Assembly: GCA_963783575.1 (NCBI GenBank)
Contig: CAWAOD010000009.1
Span: 1 to 64,000 of the forward strand
DNA from: an uncultured Spirochaetota bacterium
GTDB lineage: Bacteria; Spirochaetota; Brevinematia; Brevinematales; JAOACQ01
DNA length: 64,000 nt
Reading direction: 5' to 3'
Below are positions 53,246 to 62,697 of the stretch, one piece after another (positions within the stretch are counted from its first letter, which is position 1; each line of letters opens with the position of its first letter). Below the pieces are notes generated by a model that worked only from the letters and a program-made list of their open reading frames with translations, made no database searches and had not been told where the DNA came from. The position numbers were made by a program, and so were the translations under genes.

Positions 53246-54424
53246 ATGAAATCATTATTAATGCTATTTTTTTGTTTTGCTATGTTTTATTTTTCGACAG
53301 GTTATACCACCAATTCTGAAAAATTTTTTGCGGGTCCCTGGATATCAATAGCCTGTTCGACTGACGGCAACCATATAGTGGCCCTTCAGGAGGATGGCGG
53401 TTACACGATATATATATCATCCGACAAAGGGGCTACCTGGAAGAGGCATGAGATCGATGCTAAATACGTGATGGCTGTTACCTGTTCCGATGATGGAAGT
53501 CTTATAGCAGGTTGCTTTAGCGAGGGAGGTGCTTTTGGACATGCCGGAGTTTTTACTTCGAGTGATGGGGGTGAACACTTTATTAAACATAAGTTATCAG
53601 GTTCTAGACTATGGTCATCAGTAACCAGTTCGGCTGATGGTAGTCATCTTGCGGCCTGTCTTGACAATTCTGTAATGAGTTCACCCGATGTTTGGACATC
53701 TGAAGATGGTGGTAATACTTGGACCGAGCATAAGTCGGTTGGATATAGTCGCTGGAAATCAATAGCATGTTCAACTGATGGGAGCAAATTAGTCGTTTGT
53801 GATGCTTTTTCTAACGTCTTATTATCTGAAGACTATGGTGTTAACTGGAACAAAAAACCTCCTTTGACAACTGATTATGAGAGTTTTTTGCATATATCAT
53901 GTTCTTATAATGCAAGTCTCATTGTTTACAGCAGCGCCTTTGCAGGCACAGATAATAATAATAGTGATAATAATAATAAAAGAAACATAAACGTTTATAT
54001 CTCTACTGATGAAGGACTAAACTGGACAAAAAAAATACTTAAGCAAACTGTATTATCAAGTACTTGTTCTTACGATGGCAGCAATATATTCGTATTTAGC
54101 GGACAGATTGGAGATGGATTTATTACCCATGATATCGGTGGTTATATCGATATTTCAACCGACGGAGGAACCAGCTGGTCCGAACAAAAAGCTCCGTTAT
54201 TATGTTGTATAACATGCTCCTCCAATGGAAGCTTTATTGCGGGAGGTGATAGTCATGGCTATATTTATATTTCAACAGATAGCGGGAAAACATGGACCTC
54301 AAATAACACCTACATTCAGAGTGATAGCCTGGCTGTAACGAATAAAGTAGGACAAACAACCAACGAGAACACCCCTGTCCAAAAATTAAAAATAATACAA
54401 AGTTCGCTTAGTAATAAAACTTAG
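53246..54424 (+). CDS. Secreted BNR/Asp-box beta-propeller protein
   Basis: Signal peptide; repeats SxDGGxTW and W.SIACSTDG. Confidence 0.85.
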   Translation: MKSLLMLFFCFAMFYFSTGYTTNSEKFFAGPWISIACSTDGNHIVALQEDGGYTIYISSDKGATWKRHEIDAKYVMAVTCSDDGSLIAGCFSEGGAFGHAGVFTSSDGGEHFIKHKLSGSRLWSSVTSSADGSHLAACLDNSVMSSPDVWTSEDGGNTWTEHKSVGYSRWKSIACSTDGSKLVVCDAFSNVLLSEDYGVNWNKKPPLTTDYESFLHISCSYNASLIVYSSAFAGTDNNNSDNNNKRNINVYISTDEGLNWTKKILKQTVLSSTCSYDGSNIFVFSGQIGDGFITHDIGGYIDISTDGGTSWSEQKAPLLCCITCSSNGSFIAGGDSHGYIYISTDSGKTWTSNNTYIQSDSLAVTNKVGQTTNENTPVQKLKIIQSSLSNKT

Positions 54425-54934
54425 ACGTTACTGCCTAATTATTGTCCTAACGGCGATTTTACATCTCAGGAAATAATAATTAATCCTCGCTATGATTCCT
54501 ACATCCCTAATCTCAAAGATAAATGGCATTTGATAGTTGCTGAAGCTGGCGGTTCATTATGTGCCGATGCCCAGGCTGAAATAAAAAATGGTGAGGCGCA
54601 TGTAATTATCAATTGGAGTAAATTTAATGATCCTTGGAGAGTACAATTGTGTATTTTGCCAATAATTCTTGAAAATGGGAAAACATACAGGCTAAAATTT
54701 GATGCTAATTGTGACAACAATTATAAAATTAAAGTTGGAATTCACAAGATTGAAAAGAATTGGAAACGTGTAACCGAAAGAAGTTTTGATATAGATTCTG
54801 AAAAAAGAACATACTCATTAATTTTTAAAATGGTCGATTCTGCTCAGGATAATTATAGACTTGAATTTAACTTGAACGGCAATAAGGGCAATTTCTGGCT
54901 CTCCAATGTTCATGTTGAAGAATCAATGGAATAA
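54425..54934 (+). CDS. CBM4/9-like carbohydrate-binding domain, in frame with the upstream propeller across one TAG
   Basis: NYCPNGDF...PWRVQL...LENGKTYRLKFDA...RLEFNL; no stop between 54425 and 54932. Confidence 0.7.
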   Translation, partial: TLLPNYCPNGDFTSQEIIINPRYDSYIPNLKDKWHLIVAEAGGSLCADAQAEIKNGEAHVIINWSKFNDPWRVQLCILPIILENGKTYRLKFDANCDNNYKIKVGIHKIEKNWKRVTERSFDIDSEKRTYSLIFKMVDSAQDNYRLEFNLNGNKGNFWLSNVHVEESME

Positions 54935-55215
54935 ATAAGCCAAAAATTTAACGGCAGTAATATATGAACAGGTTTAGTATTAACCCGATAGTTGACCTAT
55001 GCTATCTTGGCGGAAATACTTTAAATTCAATTTAAGATGGTCTGACAGATAGTCGCCGCTCATTTGCGCAGATCAGTGCGCCGAACCGGGGCGGATCTCG
55101 CCCCGCCAGTTCCTCCGCCTGGTCTACCTGGCACAGCCCGAGATGATGGTCAAACTTTAAAATAAGTACCGAAAATATCCCCGTTACGTCAAATATTTTT
55201 CTACTCGAAATTTCG

Positions 55216-55263
55216 TTTTATTGCAGTTTTTTATTCAGTTAATTATAATTCTTCCTATCAGTC
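55216..55263 (+). repeat. Promoter/oriIS-like repeat, copy 3
   Basis: TTGCAG(55221)-17-TATAAT-TCTTCCTATCAGTC. Confidence 0.85.
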
Positions 55264-55290
55264 GCTGTCGGCAAGGTTGTTTCCGGTAAA

Positions 55291-56130
55291 ATGCAATTTA
55301 GGGGGCAAATAATGAACAGGCTTTTTGAATTATTAGATGGTATCGAAATATTCCATCGTATCTTTAAGTTCGCAAGCGTATCATTCATGAACAAGGTCCT
55401 TTTAACATTAATCGGCATATTTTTGCTTGATGTTATTCTTTTTCTTGCATATCCTTTTCTGCCGAAAGACGAATTGGCCGGGATACCACATTACGGTTTA
55501 TTATTAGTCCTGCCGGTTGTGGCAATATGTATTATCATCTGGTATATATTTTACCGGATAAACAAAGCAAGCATGTCATCATTATCCAGAGCGGCAGCCG
55601 ACGGAGATACCCGGAAATGCAGTGAACTCATTGAAAACGGGGCTAAAATTGACGCAAAAACCCTTCTGGGAGATACTGCGATTATTTATGCCGCTATGAA
55701 CGGCCGAAGGGAAACCCTTGAATATCTTATTTCAAAGGGGGCCTCCGTCGATATTTATGATGTCGAACACAAAACTCCGCTCCTCGCGGCAGTTGAATAT
55801 TGCAGCGGACATGAATTAATAGAAATAATGAAAGTATTGCTTGACGTCCATGCTGATACAGAAATTACCGATAATTTGGGAAAAACGGTACTCTGGCATG
55901 CGGTACGCCGGAAAAACGCCGAAGCCGTTAATCTTCTTATCCAAAAGGGCGCCAATGTCAACGCAACATATTGTTCCGATGACAGGTTTAATCAAACGGA
56001 AGTTTATAATCTGGAAATCGATAAAAATTACAGGAGCGTACTCGACGATGTACCGCCGGATGCCCACGAAATAAGGAAGATGCTAATTGATGCAGGAGCA
56101 AAAGAAACATTTCTTGACGGCAAAATCTAA
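55291..56130 (+). CDS. Membrane-anchored ankyrin-repeat protein
   Basis: Two TM segments, then GDTAIIYAA, KTPLLAAV, GKTVLWHAV. Confidence 0.88.
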   Translation: MQFRGQIMNRLFELLDGIEIFHRIFKFASVSFMNKVLLTLIGIFLLDVILFLAYPFLPKDELAGIPHYGLLLVLPVVAICIIIWYIFYRINKASMSSLSRAAADGDTRKCSELIENGAKIDAKTLLGDTAIIYAAMNGRRETLEYLISKGASVDIYDVEHKTPLLAAVEYCSGHELIEIMKVLLDVHADTEITDNLGKTVLWHAVRRKNAEAVNLLIQKGANVNATYCSDDRFNQTEVYNLEIDKNYRSVLDDVPPDAHEIRKMLIDAGAKETFLDGKI

Positions 56131-56421
56131 AACAATATGCAAAGTTGATTGTACAAATATACGAGGGTTAAAATGAATAAAATCTTTATTTCTTCAATTA
56201 AATCAATAATCTTCCAAAAACCTATATAATCAGAACCTACTTGTAGTGGTTCCGTCTTATCCGGTCGCCGGGTGATTTTTGCGAAGTAAAAAATTGCTCG
56301 AGGAGGCCGTCACTAAGCTCCCATCGATACAATCGCTACCGCGATCACACTTCGATAAACTCAGTGCACCGCTCGGGAATCGAAGAAGGCTTTTTTTAAA
56401 TCTCCAATATGTACTAACTGG

Positions 56422-56600
56422 ATCCTCATTGTTTAAGGGTGAAAAAAGAAATGTAGCCGTTTTATTTCCCGATATCCGTTCATTTACCAGTATTTCTAAA
56501 ATTTATATCGAACGCTGCGAAGGTTATATGAAAAACCCGCCCTCCGCCGATTGGGACGGGGTTGAAGTTCTGGATTTTAAATAATTTACCGGTTGAATAG
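56422..56600 (+). repeat. Internally deleted copy of the adenylate cyclase 3' region (copy 3)
   Basis: GEKRNVAVLFPDIRSFTSIS joined directly to KIYIERCEGY...EVLDFK*. Confidence 0.9.
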
Positions 56601-56761
56601 TGGAAAGGTAACAGTATAATTTTTCCTCCCAGTTAGCCATTATTATTCGATATTTTGATAAAAATGAACTGTTGTCTTTTTTTGACAAAAATTCTACTCT
56701 TGAATATATTTCTCAAAGATTAGAAATTAAACTGTAAACTTTAACAGTTTGGGCGGGATTT

Positions 56762-59050
56762 ATGAATAATAATTTTGATGTTGTTGTGATCGGATCAGGT
56801 ATTGGGGGTATGGCTGCAGCGGGTTTATTGGCAAAATTATTAAAGAAAAAAGTATTGGTACTGGAAAGGCATTTTGAACTTGGCGGATTGACGCATATTT
56901 TCAGAAGAGGGAATTATTCCTGGGATGTGGGACTCCATTATGTCGGGGAAATGGGCAATGGGGAAATCCCGAGACTTCTTTTCGATTTTCTGACCGACGG
57001 TAAATTGTCCTGGAATAAGATGCCTTCACCTTTTGAGAAATTTATTTATCCTGATTTCACTTTTGAAGTACCGGATAATCCTGAAAGATATCGGAATAAT
57101 CTAATAGCGCTTTTTCCGGACGAGGAAAAAGCAATTAAACGATATTTCCGGGATATACGAAAGGCAGCAGGCTGGCACATCAGGAACTATGTCATTAAAT
57201 TTCTTCCGTTTATTATTAATGCCTGGATCCGGATGATAAATCTGCCCGGACAAAAACTGGCTCTTACAACCACTGAAAATTATTTTAAAAACCGCTTTAA
57301 AGATAATAAATTAAAAGCTGTACTTGCCAGCCAGTGGGGTGATTACGGCCTTCCCCCCGAAGAAAGCGCATTCGCAATCCATTCGTTAATTGTCACTCAT
57401 TATCTTAAAGGAGGTTATTACCCGAATGGCGGTTCTTCCCGAATTGTGCAAAATATTGAAATGATCGTGGAAAAACAGGGCGGTGAATGCCTGGTAAATC
57501 AGGAAGTACAAGGAGTTATTATCGAAAACAAGAAGGCCGTTGGTGTCCGGGTTCTTGACAGGAATGGTCCTATACCGATAGAAGAAACTTTTTATGCTCC
57601 TATTGTAATATCGGATTCCGGTGCATGGAATACCTATGCAACCCTTATTCCGGATAAATATTCGGAATCGGTAATCAAACGTTTAAAACATATGAATCAC
57701 GGTCATAGCGCAGTTATACTGTTTTTGAGACTAAAGGGTTCTCCGGTGAGCCTGGGAGTTAAAGGTGAAAATTACTGGATTAACGATATTTTTGATCATA
57801 ACGGACTGTCCGGACAAACCCGCCGTTTATTGGAAGGAAATCCTGTAAAATGCTATGTATCCTTTCCTTCAATAAAGGATACGACAACAGAAAATCATAC
57901 TGCGGAAATCATTGCGCTTTGCGACTATGAGGATTTTGCTTCCTGGCAAAGCCAACCATGGAAAAGACGGGAAACAGTTTACTACGAACTTAAAGAAAAA
58001 ATAGCCGGTGGTCTTATAAAACTGGCGGAGAAGTATATACCGGGAATAAAGGGGTTGATTGAATACCAGGAATTGTCCACCCCTTTGACAATGGAACATT
58101 TCACGAACCGGATTAATGGGGTAATGTATGGAATCCCGGCGACTCCAGATCGTTATAAACTTAACTTTCTAAAGATAAGAACTCCCGTTCAAAACATATT
58201 TCTTTGCGGTTCCGATATTCTTTCAGTGGGCATTGTCGGCGCATTGATGGGAGGAGTGGCAACCGTAAGCCATATAATGGGAATGCGAGGTTTTTTCAGG
58301 ATATTGTCGGAAGTCAGAAGATCAAAAAAGATCTATGGTGAAAGTTCATTGAATATTATTCAGCCATTGCATCCAACTAATCGGACCCAGGTTGAAGGAT
58401 GTGTTGATTCTATAGAACAATTGACTGATACAGTCTATGAAATAATATATCAGCTGGAACGGGATGTCCTTTTTTATCCGGGCCAATATGCTAAAATACA
58501 GGTTGACGAAACTATCTGGAGAGAATATTCCATTGTAGAACTTCAAAAACAGCTGCTAAAATTCATAATCGAAACAAGAACGGACGGTCCCGGCTCGAAG
58601 TATATACTGTCATTAAAACCCGGGGACATAAGCCAAATCAGACTTCCATCAGGAGAATTTATTCTTCATGCCGAAGAAACAGGCAAGGTTTTCATCGCAA
58701 CCGGTACAGGCATTACCCCTTTTATACCCATGTTTCAAGAGCTGGCCGACCGGGATTTTCATGATAAGGTTTATCTTTATTTCGGATGCAGGTCCCGGAA
58801 AGATTATTTTATTTCCCGATATATTGATAAATTAAAAAATAAATTAGACTTCCATGAAATAATTTGTCTGAGCCGGGAGGAAAGGAGCGGAAATTTCATC
58901 AAAGGCCGGGTTACCGGCCCGCTGAACAATATACAGGGAAAGCAGATAGATTTTGAATATTATATTTCCGGAAATTCCAATATGATTATGGATGTCTCCA
59001 AACTGCTTCGAAGTAAAGGTGTTAAACGGCTGTATACGGAAAATTATTGA
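56762..59050 (+). CDS. Phytoene desaturase/RetSat-like FAD oxidoreductase fused to an FNR-type FAD/NAD(P) reductase module
   Basis: GSGIGG, WDVGLHYVG, SQWGDYG, STPLT; C-terminal REYSI, ATGTGITPF, YFGCR. Confidence 0.85.
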   Translation: MNNNFDVVVIGSGIGGMAAAGLLAKLLKKKVLVLERHFELGGLTHIFRRGNYSWDVGLHYVGEMGNGEIPRLLFDFLTDGKLSWNKMPSPFEKFIYPDFTFEVPDNPERYRNNLIALFPDEEKAIKRYFRDIRKAAGWHIRNYVIKFLPFIINAWIRMINLPGQKLALTTTENYFKNRFKDNKLKAVLASQWGDYGLPPEESAFAIHSLIVTHYLKGGYYPNGGSSRIVQNIEMIVEKQGGECLVNQEVQGVIIENKKAVGVRVLDRNGPIPIEETFYAPIVISDSGAWNTYATLIPDKYSESVIKRLKHMNHGHSAVILFLRLKGSPVSLGVKGENYWINDIFDHNGLSGQTRRLLEGNPVKCYVSFPSIKDTTTENHTAEIIALCDYEDFASWQSQPWKRRETVYYELKEKIAGGLIKLAEKYIPGIKGLIEYQELSTPLTMEHFTNRINGVMYGIPATPDRYKLNFLKIRTPVQNIFLCGSDILSVGIVGALMGGVATVSHIMGMRGFFRILSEVRRSKKIYGESSLNIIQPLHPTNRTQVEGCVDSIEQLTDTVYEIIYQLERDVLFYPGQYAKIQVDETIWREYSIVELQKQLLKFIIETRTDGPGSKYILSLKPGDISQIRLPSGEFILHAEETGKVFIATGTGITPFIPMFQELADRDFHDKVYLYFGCRSRKDYFISRYIDKLKNKLDFHEIICLSREERSGNFIKGRVTGPLNNIQGKQIDFEYYISGNSNMIMDVSKLLRSKGVKRLYTENY

Positions 59051-59147
59051 ATTTGCGGCAAGTTCAGAAAATATATTACACAAATAATGGCCGTGATCTT
59101 CCAGCTTCATGTTCTGCTCGTCCCCAAGCCGTAGCCAGGCTTCCGCA

Positions 59148-59273
59148 GAATTTTAAGGAGACGTTATAAAAAATACCAGATGATCAAAAATTTATATCAA
59201 GCGCTGCGAAGGTTATTTGAAAAACCCACCTCCCGCCGATTGGGACGGAGTTGAAGTTCTGGACTTTAAATAA
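59148..59273 (+). repeat. Degenerate copy of the adenylate cyclase 3' terminus (copy 4)
   Basis: GCGCTGCGAAGGTTATTTGAAAAACCCACCTCCCGCCGATTGGGACGGAGTTGAAGTTCTGGACTTTAAATAA. Confidence 0.9.
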
Positions 59274-59302
59274 TATCGAAAACATATTTTTGGAGAGAAT
59301 TT

Positions 59303-59896
59303 ATGGCTGAATTGACACCGCCCAGGGACATTCGTTTTATTGAACAAAAGGACCGTGTGGAATGCCGGCTGAAATCCGTACCTGTTAGATCATTTTTCAT
59401 GATTCCTTTCTCAATATTCTGGATGGGATTGATGTTTAAAATATGTTCTACAGGATATCACCCATCTGATTTAAAAATTCTTGCTATTATATGGCTTGTT
59501 ATTTCCTCACCGGGGTTTATTGTATTCTTTATTGGCTTTGGTTCTCTGTTCAATCATCAGTCGATATTTATCACCAATGACCGGATTACTCACTTGAAAA
59601 GATCACTTCCATGGCCCAGCCGGTATCATCTTTTATTGGAAGGATTGACTAATGCGCAATGTATAGTTCGAACATATCAAAGATCTTCACTAAGAAGAGA
59701 GCAAAACCTGGGATTAGCATTTGAACGTTTCGATTATATACTCCGGTTTTTCTTCGGTACTGACAAAAAAACCGATTGGAACATCAACCTTTCCAAGAAT
59801 CAGGCAGAATTCATTGTGAGGTGTTTGCAGGATAAATTTAATCTCCCGGAATCCCTCTCTAAGGATAATATGTCCGATAGTTTCGGCAAAGTTTAG
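59303..59896 (+). CDS. Hypothetical 2-TM membrane protein
   Basis: GGAG RBS, 197-aa ORF with two hydrophobic segments. Confidence 0.7.
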   Translation: MAELTPPRDIRFIEQKDRVECRLKSVPVRSFFMIPFSIFWMGLMFKICSTGYHPSDLKILAIIWLVISSPGFIVFFIGFGSLFNHQSIFITNDRITHLKRSLPWPSRYHLLLEGLTNAQCIVRTYQRSSLRREQNLGLAFERFDYILRFFFGTDKKTDWNINLSKNQAEFIVRCLQDKFNLPESLSKDNMSDSFGKV

Positions 59897-59932
59897 AATA
59901 ACTAAAGAAGACTTTATAAATAAGAGGTTAGT

Positions 59933-60425
59933 ATGAATATTTATAAGAAGATCGCCCTTGTAGCTCATGACAATAAGAAAAAGGGACTTATCGAATGGCT
60001 TGAATTTAACTGGAAGAACCTGATTCAGCATAAACTGATCTGCACCGGAACGACCGGAATGCTGGTGGAAGAGGCTCTTAAAAAAAAGCTTAAAGAGGAA
60101 AACAATACCCACGAGCACTATGATATTGTCAAACTGAAATCAGGCCCGCTGGGTGGAGATCAACAGCTTGGATCTATGATAGCGGAAGGACTGATTGATA
60201 TGATAATATTTTTATGGGACCCTATGGAGCCTCAGCCGCATGATGTGGATGTCAAAGCCCTGCTTCGTATTGCCGTAGTATATAATATCCCGACTGCCTG
60301 CAACCGTTCAACGGCGGATTATCTGATTTCTTCTTCCTTTGATTTCTTCTTCCTTAATGAACGAAAAGTATACCCCAATAATGGAAGACTACAGCGGTTA
60401 TATCCACCGTGAATTCAGTCTTTAA
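59933..60425 (+). CDS. mgsA: Methylglyoxal synthase, C-terminus frameshifted by a 16-bp duplication
   Basis: IALVAHD.KK, TGTTG, SGPLGGDQQ, PHDVDVKALLR. Confidence 0.93.
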
Positions 60426-60504
60426 GAAATATAATTTTTTATTGAATCACTTTTTACCGGTTGATTTTTTTGGTTTTTATTCATACAAGTCTCTATTTAT
60501 ATTC

Positions 60505-62089
60505 TTAATCGTAATATTTAAGATACTTCCATGCTTCTTTCATTGGGTATTTTACTTTTCTGCATACATATACCGGAAGGTCAGTATTGGAAGGCATTGT
60601 GTAATTGTTCCTGATAACAGTGGCAAGAGTAACATCCTCAAAAAAAGGGGCAAAGTATTGTATGCTTTTGGTTACAACTAACATAACTTCCCATGAATTT
60701 TCTCCCGGTCCCCACAGAAAATAATTCAAATGCCCGCTCACCGGCATGAGGCAAACCGTATTTTGATCCTAAAAGATCTACCGCGCCCGCCGGGCCGTAC
60801 CAGTCTGCAAGAATTCCGCATTTTGCACGGTCTTCCTGAGAAAGGCCGTTATAAACCCCGGCAACGGTTTTGACCAGATCATCCCAGCCGATCCTGTTTG
60901 AAAATTCCTGGGGATAGTCCGATTTAGGAAATTTGAAATCCCTGACAGGTTTATAAAGAAATCCGAAAACTTTTGAGTACGCGGGTAAAAGATCCTGCGG
61001 CAGTATAGGAAGGGATGAAGGTGCTACCAGGATGCCCCCGGCTATAAGGTATGAAATAGCCGCGATCTGCAAACTTCTTTTTCTTTGTAATCCGGAAAAC
61101 TTTTCTTCGATAAAGATTGCGCCTGAAGCTATTAGAGGTATGAAAAGCTCTGCCAGCATAAAGCTTCTTGCATGTAAAAAGAATACTAATATAAAAGTAA
61201 CCAGGAACAAAATACCGAAAATGCCGTAATTTGTCTCCCCGAAACGTCTGAAAATCCTGTACAATCCGATGCCCAGCAGAGGAATAAGCAACGGGTTCAT
61301 TGTCAAGGCTATATTTATAAAATACTCAGGGATTGAATATTGAAATAACAGATTTTTACTATAATTCGTCCAGTATTCGAGGGTGGGCCAGTGATTGATT
61401 TGTTCCCAGATTGCATAGGGCGATATTATGGCCAGGAATATTCCGGCGGCAAGCCATGGCCAGGGGGTTGAAAAATGCCTGTTGTATTTTGAAATAAGAA
61501 TAGCAATAAAAAGTCCTGGTGCTAAATATAAAATTTTTGTTTTGGTCATACAGGCAATACCTGCTACAAGACCCAGCGATAACCAGAGTTTTAAATTACC
61601 GGTCTTAATAAATTTTATAAGAATAAAAAGAAATATGGAAAGTACCAGCTGGTCGATGCTGTCGTAACAGAAAAAAGAATCCAGTATAAGCCATACGGGA
61701 GCTGTGATGAACCCCAACGAACTGATCGCAGTTGCAAGTAGTTTGCCGGTTAATTCCTTTGTTATAAGGCATACAAAGACAAGTGTCGCCGAACCGGCCA
61801 GCGCCGGAAATATATGATACCCGATCAGGGATTCGCCGAATATCAGGCGGCTCAATGCCACCAGGGCGGGTACTATCGGCGGGAGGTCTACATAACCGAA
61901 AGCCAGGTGCTTGCTGAGAGCTATTGTATATAGTTCATCGCAGAAATAACCATAATTTTGAGCTGTAAGCATATGAATTGTAAATTTTATGGCGGCGAAA
62001 AATATCACCAATAAAGTAAATTGAGACAATCCGAACAATGGCTTTTTAATTTGCCCGGAAAATCTTTCAAAAATCATAGCGCTACCCAT
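60505..62089 (-). CDS. GT39/ArnT-PMT-like membrane glycosyltransferase, one frameshift near 60742
   Basis: YGYFCDELY, LAFGYVDLPP; removing one G restores GLPHAVSGHLNYFLWGP. Confidence 0.85.
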
Positions 62090-62391
62090 AAAATAGCTCC
62101 TTTTCATTTAATTTCTTATCATTTCTGTAAAACAAACTTTATTGATAATATTTTTATACATTTCCAAATTAATTCTTTACTCATTTTCGGCACTCTTCAA
62201 ACCAAGATATAGTTTTATTAAAAAAGCATCTGGACAGCCATACGCCTTGCCGTAATTCCTTCCATGGGCTGGTGCAAGCTTCGTCCCGGTCAGGTTGCAG
62301 GACAAAGACCATACCGCGCTAGGCTGCGAAACAGCCTCCAGGAGCAGCAGCGCCTTATCGCTAAGGTTTTTCGAAACGCTACTGATTTCGA

Positions 62392-62697
62392 TTACCGGCA
62401 TGCGGAAAGAATGTAATTTTTAACTATAGAATCCTCGATGCTGGTAACACTTTCAGTCGGTATATCGGCGGTAAAAACAACTATCAGATCTTTTTCCGGG
62501 AAAACATACATCATTTGTCCCTCATGGCCGCGAGTGGCAAATCCCCCAAAATTCGGAATCCAGCAATGATAACCGTAAAAGCCTTCCCCCCACCCGGTTA
62601 TTGAAGCTACTTTGGTAGATTCATTGACCCACTCTTCCGGCACAACCGATACATCACCCCATTTGCCCTTTTTCAAATAAAGGTACCCAAACCTGGC
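62392..62697 (-). pseudogene. C-terminal fragment of a beta-lactamase-family serine hydrolase
   Basis: ARFGYLYL..GKW....VPEEWV, YGY.CW, GHEGQ...VFPEKDLIVV; 5' part missing. Confidence 0.8.

Noticed and set aside
54422..54424. Pyrrolysine or alternative genetic code explaining the in-frame TAG
   Set aside because: TAG is a normal stop elsewhere in the window (e.g. 39930, 16541) and no pyl genes are seen.
56247..56270. GGTTCCGTCTTATCCGG as a recombination-site repeat
   Set aside because: Resembles a repeat I recall from other genomes, but it is a single partial copy here.
56279..56584. 101-aa ORF as a mini-cyclase
   Set aside because: N-terminus derives from nested REP sequence and the catalytic core is deleted.
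47567..59273. Diversity-generating retroelement (TR/VR pairs) for the cyclase or kinase repeats
   Set aside because: Differences are not adenine-specific and are largely synonymous; no reverse transcriptase in the window.
49420..59896. Classical integron cassette array
   Set aside because: No tyrosine integrase in the window and no recognisable attC sites (RYYYAAC...GTTRRRY hairpins) after the cargo genes; the boundaries are cyclase tails and ori-like repeats.
62177..62401. 74-aa ORF overlapping the hydrolase fragment end
   Set aside because: No RBS or recognisable motif; cannot be supported.
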